From a virus: a stretch of DNA of 64,000 nt. Position 1 is the stretch's first letter; each line of letters starts with the position of its first letter. The translations under genes were made by a program, and so were the position numbers. Shown one piece after another: positions 55,395 through 63,661 of the stretch. The notes beneath the pieces are model-generated. The model was given only the letters and a program-made list of their open reading frames with translations. It ran no database searches and was not told the origin of the DNA. The DNA is taken from positions 15,488 to 79,487 of the IMG/VR virus record IMGVR_UViG_3300047470_000115; one strand, written 5' to 3'.

Positions 55395-56045
55395 CTACTT
55401 GCTGCTCTTCCAATCCATGTAAACCTGGCGAAGGGTCTTGCCGTCCTCCGTCTTCCAGGTGTCGTACGGGTTACTGACCGTACCTCGAATGAACCGCGCC
55501 AGGCTACTCGGCGAATAGGCAGGCTCGCTCAACGGCGTACCGTCATCCGAGATCATGCGCCACGAGATGGACGACCAGGCATCATCGCAGGTGAACTCGA
55601 TGATGACGGCGAGGTTCTTACGCTTGAACACGTCATAGAAACGCATCCCGTCACGCAAGATGCCTGCCTTGGCCATCGCGAAGATGTCAGACCGGGTCGG
55701 CGTACTCCCCGTGGTGTACGAGGAGCGACTCGGCATGTCTGCCAGCTCGCGAACAATGCTGATCGTAGGACGATCAGGCAGTGACTTCGCCCTACCGGCA
55801 TAGTCAACCGCCTCCTCCTCCAGGTTCTCGTGCAACGCCTGCACGGTAGCCCAAAGGTCACGCCCCGACCAGCCTGCACCTTCTTCGATACCCGGATAGG
55901 TCGACAGGTACTCCCGCGCAGCCTCGCATAGGACAACGAACAGTGTCTCGTCAACACTGTCGAATTCCTGACTACCCTCGCGAAACAGTCGCGCGGCGAG
56001 GTTCGCAACCTCTTCGCGAACCTCGCCCCTCTTTTCGGGTTCCAA
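55395..56045 (-). CDS. hypothetical protein (C-terminus RAMA-like DNA-binding)
   Basis: AGGAGG RBS; AGILRDG...SPSSLA....NPYDTWK..DGKTL resembles the RAMA domain pattern. Confidence 0.6.
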   Translation of the reverse strand: MEPEKRGEVREEVANLAARLFREGSQEFDSVDETLFVVLCEAAREYLSTYPGIEEGAGWSGRDLWATVQALHENLEEEAVDYAGRAKSLPDRPTISIVRELADMPSRSSYTTGSTPTRSDIFAMAKAGILRDGMRFYDVFKRKNLAVIIEFTCDDAWSSISWRMISDDGTPLSEPAYSPSSLARFIRGTVSNPYDTWKTEDGKTLRQVYMDWKSSK

Positions 56046-56119
56046 GGTGCCTCCTAGCGTTGCCCCGATGTTCTAGGTACATCATATCACATCGGGGCCG
56101 AACTTGGTAACTGAGTGTT

Positions 56120-56668
56120 TCAAGCGGCGAGGAGTTCTCCGTGCACGTTATCGGAGTTCCACTCTCGCTCCGTGGCGAGCTGCTTGGAGTAGAACCTGAT
56201 GAACGGGTACGTGTCGCCCCGGAAGATGGAAACCTTCCACTCCATGCCGGACTCCAGCTCCGTAAAGTACACGGTGAACTGATTCATGGCGTGACGAGTC
56301 CACCGGTCCAGGCGGATGCGCGTCTGCGTGAGGCGGTAGCCCTCGGCGATGGACTTCTTCGCCTTGCCCTTCGCCATGATCCAGATGGTCAGCGCCCACA
56401 TGGGCAGCGTGTCGTAGCTGGTGCCCTCGGTGGCGTAGCCGAGCGACTCGACCTCCGCCTTCCTGCAGCACTCGTAGTAACCGTAGTGCGAGTGGGCGAA
56501 CCTCGTGATGGCACCCTGCTTGCGAGCCACCAACTTGCACGATCCCCAGCCGACGATCTCCGTCCAGGTGGACGTGATCCGACCCGCGAGCGCGTCCCGC
56601 TTGATGTACGGGAGGAACGCCTCGGGGATGTCTGCCTTCTTCACCGGAACCATCAGGCCCTGACTCAT
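56120..56668 (-). CDS. hypothetical protein
   Basis: AGGGGG RBS; strong GC3 bias. Confidence 0.75.
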   Translation of the reverse strand: MSQGLMVPVKKADIPEAFLPYIKRDALAGRITSTWTEIVGWGSCKLVARKQGAITRFAHSHYGYYECCRKAEVESLGYATEGTSYDTLPMWALTIWIMAKGKAKKSIAEGYRLTQTRIRLDRWTRHAMNQFTVYFTELESGMEWKVSIFRGDTYPFIRFYSKQLATEREWNSDNVHGELLAA

Positions 56669-56720
56669 TGTGCCCCCTACGTGTACTGGATGTCAAGTCG
56701 TGAACCGTCGCGTAAAGTCG

Positions 56721-56757
56721 TGAGGCCCTTGGGGGTAGCCATCCCCCAAGGGCCTCA
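56721..56757 (-). terminator. hairpin terminator
   Basis: tgaggcccttggggg/cccccaagggcctca. Confidence 0.75.
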
Positions 56758-56775
56758 TCACTCAACGTGAAGGTG

Positions 56776-57159
56776 TTACCGATTTACTCCAGGTCCCATG
56801 AGCTCCCAGACTGCGATCCTGTCATCCTCACATAGGTCATCGACCATGACCCAGGCGAGCGCACCATTCTGGACGATCTGCACGCACGTGACCAGGACGG
56901 GCGACCACTCGAGCATATACGCTCGAGTCCTGCTACCCGCGAGAACCTGAATCGCGCCCTCGTGGTGTTCGAGGTACATGACCATGAACGCATCGAGACT
57001 GTACTGGTCGGGGTCGGTAATGCGGACCTCGTCCTTGACTTGCCAGGTCGGACCCTCGATCACCAGACGACTGTATATCGACGAAGGCGACTCCGTCAAG
57101 CGGAAGTCCTTCCGAAGTTCAGCTCGAACCCACTTCGGACCTTCGGGAACCTCAACCAC
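56776..57159 (-). CDS. hypothetical protein
   Basis: GAGG RBS; bounded by hairpins. Confidence 0.65.
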   Translation of the reverse strand: MVEVPEGPKWVRAELRKDFRLTESPSSIYSRLVIEGPTWQVKDEVRITDPDQYSLDAFMVMYLEHHEGAIQVLAGSRTRAYMLEWSPVLVTCVQIVQNGALAWVMVDDLCEDDRIAVWELMGPGVNR

Positions 57160-57191
57160 ACTGCCTCACTTTCATCAGGTCTACACAAGCA

Positions 57192-57234
57192 GCCGTACGC
57201 CCACACTAGCACTAGGCTGGTGTGGGCGTACGGC
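57192..57234 (-). terminator. hairpin terminator
   Basis: gccgtacgcccacac/gtgtgggcgtacggc. Confidence 0.75.
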
Positions 57235-57270
57235 AAACGGCACAGATTGGCCACGTAGCGGCACAACCCT

Positions 57271-57393
57271 CTAATCCTGGTAAGTCCCGTCACAGTCGAT
57301 GTGACGGCAACGCGAGCCCTTGCTGTTGAGGCCACCCGAACTGTGCTGCTCCGGGTCGGGCACCTCGTCGGCACACTTGTTACACGTGAGCAT
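57271..57393 (-). CDS. 40-aa Zn-ribbon peptide (not in the ORF track)
   Basis: AGGAGG RBS; MLTCNKCADEVPDPEQHSSGGLNSKGSRCRHIDCDGTYQD. Confidence 0.6.
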   Translation of the reverse strand: MLTCNKCADEVPDPEQHSSGGLNSKGSRCRHIDCDGTYQD

Positions 57394-57401
57394 AGCGCCT
57401 C

Positions 57402-58025
57402 CTAGCACTTGCATTCAAGCGTGAACGGACTTGGTACGACCTTGCAGTCCGGGCATGCCCGACGAAGGTTGGGCCGCTCGACCGCACGCTCACTGTACGC
57501 GCCTGCCGTAAGGGGGCGCTGGTCGCCGATGAGATAGACCTTGCGATCGGCTACCTCCTGGGACGACGGCGGACGCCAGATATCCTGGATGCCGTGATCA
57601 TCCCACGAGATGACCGACATCTCACCCTCGTCGTGATCATCGAGGGTGGGCTCGCGGACGAACTCATCCTCGTCGTCAGGGTCCGAATCGATCCCGACTG
57701 GATCGATTATAGAGGACCAAGTCGACCTGATCAACCCGCCGTGATTGGTGAGGTGCCATACCTCATCCGGCGCCTTGTCGGGCTCGGGTATGTCACGCGA
57801 CAGCCACATCAGGTACATGGCTGACATGTCAGCACCGTTGAATGCCTCGATCGGCGTCAACTGCCCCGGTACCTTCGAGCCAGGGTAATGCACTCGACTG
57901 TACTGCTTGCGGGCACGAGACTTCAACGTCTGCGCGGGGTTCTCCGCGTTGCGGAAGTGCTCCCACTCTTCGGCCTGTGATCCGTTGACCACGGATCGCA
58001 CAAACTTACCCCAGTAGTGCGCCAC
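57402..58025 (-). CDS. hypothetical protein
   Basis: GGGGAG RBS; C-terminal CPDC...ECKC. Confidence 0.65.
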   Translation of the reverse strand: MAHYWGKFVRSVVNGSQAEEWEHFRNAENPAQTLKSRARKQYSRVHYPGSKVPGQLTPIEAFNGADMSAMYLMWLSRDIPEPDKAPDEVWHLTNHGGLIRSTWSSIIDPVGIDSDPDDEDEFVREPTLDDHDEGEMSVISWDDHGIQDIWRPPSSQEVADRKVYLIGDQRPLTAGAYSERAVERPNLRRACPDCKVVPSPFTLECKC

Positions 58026-58216
58026 TACTTACTCCCCGCCCCACGGTACCTCTTGATCCGACGGCACGCGGCCCAGTACGTAACCTTACCGAGCCGTACT
58101 CCGTAGACCATAGCTGCCCACGACCCGAAGAACAACCCCGTCATCCGGAATGTTATCTCCCAGTAGCCTGCATCAGGCGCACCCGTGATCCACGCGATCA
58201 GGTTTACGATGCTCAC
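58025..58216 (-). CDS. small membrane protein
   Basis: Hydrophobic segment; coupled to neighbours. Confidence 0.55.
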   Translation of the reverse strand: MSIVNLIAWITGAPDAGYWEITFRMTGLFFGSWAAMVYGVRLGKVTYWAACRRIKRYRGAGSK

Positions 58217-58464
58217 GTGCGATCACTCGCCTTGGCGAGGCTGACACCAGGCCCGCCGAACGCTCGGTTGTGGTGTCCGACCAGCTCGACGTCACGCATG
58301 AGAACTCCCAGACCCACGTAGCCCTTGCGATACAGGGCTTCGAGCCTACCGATCTTCCCCGGCTTGCACAGCATGCACAGGTGTTCGGTATTGGTGGGCA
58401 TCAACACGCTGACCTTCGCGGCCGACCTGATCCCTACGCCCAAGTCTACCAGGCGGGGGCTCAC
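58213..58464 (-). CDS. hypothetical protein
   Basis: GTGA overlaps on both sides. Confidence 0.55.
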   Translation of the reverse strand: MSPRLVDLGVGIRSAAKVSVLMPTNTEHLCMLCKPGKIGRLEALYRKGYVGLGVLMRDVELVGHHNRAFGGPGVSLAKASDRT

Positions 58465-59603
58465 GCCGCAACCGCCAGGGCACCCTGGGCGTACTTGGCG
58501 CGCTGCATGTTCAACTCGAAGAACTCGAGCATTCCGCTCACCTGCTGCCGTGTCGGCTCGGTGATGCCCTGCTTGGCGAGGATCTCACGTGCCAGGGTAC
58601 GCAGACGACGACGCTCGGCGAGGGCTTCCTCGCGGGCAGGGTCAGGTGCGGACTCCACCACCTTACGCGCCGCACGCTCACCGGCACGCGCCGCCTTCGA
58701 GAGTTCACGCTGTTCGCGCTTGTCCGCCCGGAGGTCAGCCTTATCCGCCTTGCGCTGCGCGGAGTTCTGCTGCTTCTCGAACTTCTCGGCGCTCACCACC
58801 TGGGCGAGGCGACGGATGCCGGGCAGGCCGTTGGCACGAGCGTACTCGACCGGGGTCTGTCCGTCAAGGCGGCGGAACTCCTCCACCTCCACGGACACGG
58901 CCAGGCCCTGCCTGTTGCGGTACTGCCGCGTGACGGTCGCACGGGTGACCTCACAGTCAGCCATGTCAGTTGTCCTCATCACACGGCCGAGACCGTCGCG
59001 GAATACACCCCTAGCGGCATCATCCACGTCTCGCTGTGCGCCCGTCTGGTACGCGAGGTAACCCTGCGACCTGTCCGCATCATACGCCACCTGCTCGGCG
59101 TGTGAACGCGTAACGGTCTTGGCCGTCTCACTGGCCATGGCGTTACGGTCAGGCATGTCGGACGACCAGTGCGGCTTGAGGACCGCACGGCTGGCCGCGC
59201 TGGTGTCACGTGAACTGGGATCAGTCCAGTCACCAGGGTTGCCCGGGATGTAGTCCCTGAACGGGGTCAGGCGGTAGCCCTTGGGGCGAGACACCTTACC
59301 CTTCGGGGGCATGACCTGCACACTGCCCGTGTTGAACTTCGGCACGTCACCCGGACGAGTGGCGCCAATGGCGACCTCGATCGGGGAGGTGTTGCCCGTG
59401 ATCAGGGACGCACCACGCTGGGCGGCACGCTTCCTGGCGGACTTGCTGGACCCCGCACGGTGTGCGAGAGCGGTGGCTTTGCGGCTGTCCGCCTCGGCAA
59501 CCAGCTCCACGCGGAGGGCTGCCAACTTGGACATGGTCGGGTCGGTCTTCGAGCCCGGCGTACTGCGTACGGCCTGGGCCCGACGCCTGGCGGCGCTGGA
59601 CAT
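58461..59603 (-). CDS. basic Arg/Lys/Ala-rich putative early protein
   Basis: First gene after a consensus promoter; GGGAG RBS. Confidence 0.75.
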   Translation of the reverse strand: MSSAARRRAQAVRSTPGSKTDPTMSKLAALRVELVAEADSRKATALAHRAGSSKSARKRAAQRGASLITGNTSPIEVAIGATRPGDVPKFNTGSVQVMPPKGKVSRPKGYRLTPFRDYIPGNPGDWTDPSSRDTSAASRAVLKPHWSSDMPDRNAMASETAKTVTRSHAEQVAYDADRSQGYLAYQTGAQRDVDDAARGVFRDGLGRVMRTTDMADCEVTRATVTRQYRNRQGLAVSVEVEEFRRLDGQTPVEYARANGLPGIRRLAQVVSAEKFEKQQNSAQRKADKADLRADKREQRELSKAARAGERAARKVVESAPDPAREEALAERRRLRTLAREILAKQGITEPTRQQVSGMLEFFELNMQRAKYAQGALAVAA

Positions 59604-59635
59604 GTGAGCTCCCGTGGCTAGCGGGTGAACGGGTT
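59601..59635 (-). promoter_or_regulatory. conserved 5'-leader element, copy 1 (AACCCGUUCA plus RBS hairpin)
   Basis: 31/35 identical to 60332-60366. Confidence 0.8.
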
Positions 59636-59659
59636 AGGTGGTGCGAAGTGCTGTGCAAC

Positions 59660-59688
59660 AGTCTAGCGAACTGGGTGGGCGGTGTCAA
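59660..59688 (-). promoter_or_regulatory. consensus promoter TTGACA-N17-TAGACT
   Basis: Exact -35, 17-bp spacer, HrdB-type -10. Confidence 0.85.
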
Positions 59689-59743
59689 CACCAGGTGATG
59701 CTTGGTGGTGGCGCCGCATACCCAGCATACCAGGCTGGGTGGT

Positions 59744-59772
59744 GCGTGGCCAGGTGTGGGGCCTGGCCACGC
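59744..59772 (-). terminator. hairpin after the 59789-60334 gene
   Basis: gcgtggccagg/cctggccacgc. Confidence 0.6.
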
Positions 59773-59788
59773 TATCCCGTGGGGGAGG

Positions 59789-60334
59789 TCAGGCCTTGGC
59801 GAGGCTGACACCGGTGGCGCTGTTCCGCGCATCGGCCAGCATCAGGTACAGGTAGCTCTTGGAGATCAGGCCCTCGCCGTACTGCCGATCGGCCTCGTTG
59901 GCGTGCTGGGCCGCCTCGCGCTGCTTCCTACGGCGACCGAGTCGACCGACCTCGGTGACGATAGCACGGAACTTGACCTCGGTCATCCGGCCCCGACGAA
60001 ACAGGCTCTCCGCCCGAACGATGGGGGTCACGGTCAGGCCGGTCCAGTTCTGGGTGGCACTGTTCGAACCTACGGGCACCGGGTCCGTGATGCGGCCCTG
60101 GGCACGGAGGTGCTCCTCGCTGGGCTGCTCCTCGGGGTACAGGTCGGACACGATGCTGACCCGCATGTACAGACTGGTGGTGAGGTACTCGGCGCAGGGG
60201 ACGCACACGTTGTACTCGTGCGTCGACTGATTCTCGCCGGAGGTCTCGCCCATGAATTCCGAGACACGGAACCTGGCGAACGGGATGACGGTGTTGCCCT
60301 GGTGGGCAAGGGTGTCCTCGCAAAGGGACTTCAT
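59789..60334 (-). CDS. hypothetical putative early protein (first leftward gene)
   Basis: AGGAG RBS; GC3 bias. Confidence 0.7.
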   Translation of the reverse strand: MKSLCEDTLAHQGNTVIPFARFRVSEFMGETSGENQSTHEYNVCVPCAEYLTTSLYMRVSIVSDLYPEEQPSEEHLRAQGRITDPVPVGSNSATQNWTGLTVTPIVRAESLFRRGRMTEVKFRAIVTEVGRLGRRRKQREAAQHANEADRQYGEGLISKSYLYLMLADARNSATGVSLAKA

Positions 60335-60366
60335 GTTTGCTCCTGTGGCTAGCAGGTGAACGGGTT
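60332..60366 (-). promoter_or_regulatory. conserved 5'-leader element, copy 2
   Basis: See copy 1; compensatory C-G to U-A change in the stem. Confidence 0.8.
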
Positions 60367-60369
60367 GAC

Positions 60370-62620
60370 ACTGACGCTATCGGATTGGACCAGGTTTAGC
60401 AACCTGGCCCGCTTCCCATAGGTCAGGGAAGGGCACTTTCGGCTTTGCGTTACCGGCGCTCGCCCGTTTCCGGGGTCTACGGCTCGACGACAAGTCGGGC
60501 CTTGGCGCGGGCTTGGGGGAGAACCCAAGCCTTTTCGTTCGCCTAATCGTGTGGTGCGTTGCTACCAGTCTAGCACACCTTGCCGGGGCTGGTCGCCCCC
60601 ACCGACAGGTGGACGTGCAGGTCTACGGTACTGCACCCCCCATATGGGCGGGGCTGGTGTTGCTAGTCCGACTGTAGCACGTTCGGCTGGGGCCTCGTAC
60701 CCCCCATGTGTTGAACGCGTAATGCCAGGCTAACGGCTTACCTATGCGCGGCCCACACGCTAGGACAGGTAGCACCGGTACGGAACCTGGCGTGACATAC
60801 CTACCCCTACATATAGGCGCCGCCAGGTATCGACTCCCTAGCTACGTCCTACGTTGGAGGGCCCTACTCCCCGCGCCTAATGGTGCGGTGTGGGACCGGC
60901 GCCTGGTGGGGGGATAGAACCCCCATCGGGCTGTGCCCAGTCTAGCACAGGTGCACTGGGTGGAACCCCGTGCGGACTGTGCGGGTTGGGCCTCACTACT
61001 ACGTGCGCCGTGCTGGCCGTGCGTTGTGGTGACGGGGTCGACTATTCCGCAAACGGACCAAGATCGCAACACCTTGTATGTAACGGAATGGTAACGCAGA
61101 ATCGGACTTGTTGGGGCACATTGCCGATAACACGGATTATCGGCATGTGGTGAAATTCATACAGAATGGGATCAGTCGCAACGTACCATAGCAAATTAGG
61201 ACATAAGGGTACGTATAGGTACTTATCGATCGCCGGCATTGAGGCAGACATATCGGACAAATGGTGGGATAAGTAAAATAACGGGCGGGGGGGTATGCGC
61301 GGCGCCTTTATGCAGGTCCGATGCATATCAACTTTTACGAGGTAAGAATGTATTCTGGACCTAACCCCGACTAAAAAACGCCAGTCATTTCGCTGTCCGC
61401 GAAAATAACCGCAGGTCAATGGGGGTTTGGGGGTCGGACGCCAGCGAAATAGCGGTCGTACTTAGCCTAGGAAATCGACGTCTTTTGCTACAGAAATCGC
61501 TGATTAATCCGAAAGAATGCATCGATTGCAGCCAGGATGCACCCACATGGGTGCCAGCTAGACGTCGAATGGCAAAAGAATCCGCTTTCGGACGTAAAGA
61601 CGCCCCCTAACTGTAGATATTCGCGAAACGGACATTTCCAAAGTCTCCTATGTCGTCGACACCTTTTACCAATTTTGCAATCAAGGTGCACCCGTCATGG
61701 GTGACCTGCCCTCTGTTTTCGGACGCCCTGGCTCGATGTCGGTACACCTCGCCGTCCGCTTTCACGTAGCGTGATGGAGCGGCGCGCAAAGCGGGTCCGA
61801 AGTCGCACCCACATGGGCGGGAGTCGGTTTAGTTATCACTCAAAAGATTCCCAAATCCGACAGATTGCCGTTTTGGCGTCAGCGAAATCAGCGAAATTGT
61901 CAGCACAAATAACCGCAGGTCAACCCCTATATGGGAGTGGTTTAAGCAATTTCGCTTACACCCCCCCCCCCCCCCCTTTCTCTGTTTGTCACTCACCGTT
62001 ACCCGGCACCCCACCCATGGGTGCGTCACCGTGCGTGCCTGGGGGTCCCCGGGGGGTCGGCCAAGCGTCAGCACAAATAATTCTGACCTGCGGTTTTGTA
62101 CGGCCACACCCCGTTTGGCGTGCGCATATTTTCGCGTACGGGGCCGTCAGCGCTATCAGCAGAATGACTGGTCTAATTCGGACATTCGGGTGACGATTAT
62201 CGTGATTCTGCAACAAGGCGTCCGTCCGCGGTTTCGCTGAACGTAGCCTTGCGTAGCACTGCATCTCACGCTCCGTATACACTGCTACGCCTTTTCGACT
62301 ACGCGGTACCCAGAATTTCCACGAGTCGTCCGTCATAGCCAGCCTTCGTGTCGAAATCCAGCATTCTGCATAGCGTGACGGGTATTTCTGGTGTCATCTC
62401 TGACGGTCCGTCAGATCCGTACATGATCAAATGTTAGATGTACCTTCAACCCACCGACAAAGTCGTTCCGCTGACGCTCAAAGTCGTATTCGCGGCCAAA
62501 AACTTGCACAAGAATCTAGCCCGGCGCCGTCCGCGCAATTCGCTGACCTGCGGAAACGTCCGTCAGCGGAATTGTTTGCCCCGTTATGTCCTATGTGCAA
62601 GTCGTGCACATACTTGGGCT
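60370..62620. other. large non-coding divergence region with several repeat families (candidate origin or genome-end/packaging region)
   Basis: No ORF with phage-like codon bias; AT-richer core; repeats CCGCAGGTCA, CCCAYATGGG and TCAGCRMAAT; C16 tract. Confidence 0.65.
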
Positions 62621-62622
62621 AT

Positions 62623-62651
62623 TTGGCAATTATCGCCCATGGTGCTAACAT
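62623..62651 (+). promoter_or_regulatory. promoter TTGGCA-N17-TAACAT (extended TG)
   Basis: 35 nt upstream of the 62686 start. Confidence 0.65.
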
Positions 62652-62685
62652 TCTGCATATTCACACTCGAAGAAGGGGGAACTGG

Positions 62686-63084
62686 ATGGCGAACGAAGAA
62701 GCCACGTCAGAGAACTTCATTCAGAGGGCTGTCGAGGCTCTCATGGGCGGGGCCAACAATGAGGCTTTCAGCGTACTGACGGATGGTGAACTGTTCGGCT
62801 TCGGTATCGCGCTGATCGCGGTGGAGCGCGGTCACACTGTCGCTCGCGCCTCCTGGGGAAATCCCGGCAAGTACGTGTTCCTTCAGGCCGGGGAGGAGAT
62901 GTTCGACCCCGAGACGCATCAGCCTGCGCCACTCAAGCAGCATCTCGTCTGGAAGAACGACAGGGGCGAGTTCATCCCCTGGACTCCGTCGCAGGATGCT
63001 GTGCTGGCGCGTGACTGGTTCATCGGAAAGTCCGGTGACTATCCTTACGGCAGGTTCCCGGCTGCAGAGCCGATCCAGAACTGA
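62686..63084 (+). CDS. DUF2829 family protein (Tad2-like anti-defence signal sponge)
   Basis: FGIAL...G..VAR..W....YVFL...WTPSQDAVLARDW matches the DUF2829 pattern; AGGGGG RBS. Confidence 0.85.
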   Translation: MANEEATSENFIQRAVEALMGGANNEAFSVLTDGELFGFGIALIAVERGHTVARASWGNPGKYVFLQAGEEMFDPETHQPAPLKQHLVWKNDRGEFIPWTPSQDAVLARDWFIGKSGDYPYGRFPAAEPIQN

Positions 63085-63254
63085 TGATGGGGCCCGAGGC
63101 ACATCTCGTCTGGAAGTGCCCACACGAGATGTGTGCATCAGAGCAGCTCGGCGACATGGATTCGCCGTACGATGAGTACAGGTGTGTTACGCACCAGGTG
63201 GATCTCGTGCTGAGTGATCGTGTCATTCACGCGCCGGACGGTCGGGGTATGTAG
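63084..63254 (+). CDS. small Cys/His protein (56 aa, not in the ORF track)
   Basis: TGATG-coupled to the DUF2829 gene; WKCPHEMC...RCVTH. Confidence 0.5.
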   Translation: MMGPEAHLVWKCPHEMCASEQLGDMDSPYDEYRCVTHQVDLVLSDRVIHAPDGRGM

Positions 63255-63359
63255 CCCCGACACGGCACACAGTGGCCCCGTCCTGCCATCCTCTCCGGCT
63301 CCGCACACACGGACCGGGGCGGGGGCGGAGCGGGGCCACGTTCCTACTTAGGGGGCAAA

Positions 63360-63572
63360 ATGAAGTATCATGCCATCTGGTACAGCTCGGCAAACAAGGT
63401 GCGCATCTTCGAGGTCGACGAGGCAGGCAATGAGGAAGTTCTCCATGAAGAAAGTGCTCATGACCACCAGGTCGCTGCCGAGTTCGTCAAAGAGCAGGGC
63501 TTCGGCTTCACTGACCTCTGGGTGCACGACTCGAAAACATTTAACTATCAGGCACCCCTCAAGGCCATGTAG
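63360..63572 (+). CDS. hypothetical protein
   Basis: AGGGGG RBS; acidic 70 aa. Confidence 0.65.
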   Translation: MKYHAIWYSSANKVRIFEVDEAGNEEVLHEESAHDHQVAAEFVKEQGFGFTDLWVHDSKTFNYQAPLKAM

Positions 63573-63625
63573 CGCAAACTTCCCCCCCGTGAAACAAGTA
63601 TCTTGGTAACTACGCGCCGAATGGC

Positions 63626-63655
63626 TAGACACGCACCGCGCACGCACGCTAGCGT
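63626..63655 (+). promoter_or_regulatory. possible promoter TAGACA-N18-TAGCGT
   Basis: Directly upstream of the structured region. Confidence 0.5.
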
Positions 63656-63661
63656 GTGAGT

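Noticed and set aside
61961-61976. C16 tract as a phase-variation switch
   Set aside because: Not within an ORF or a recognisable promoter spacer, and homopolymer length may be a sequencing artefact; kept only as part of the control-region finding.
62431-62685. N-terminal extension of the DUF2829 ORF as given in the ORF track
   Set aside because: Promoter and RBS lie just before ATG 62686; the upstream part is repeat-rich non-coding DNA.
62941-63116. 15-bp direct repeat catctcgtctggaag (HLVWK) in adjacent genes
   Set aside because: Only two copies inside coding sequence; at most a small duplication scar. No reverse transcriptase is present, so not a DGR.
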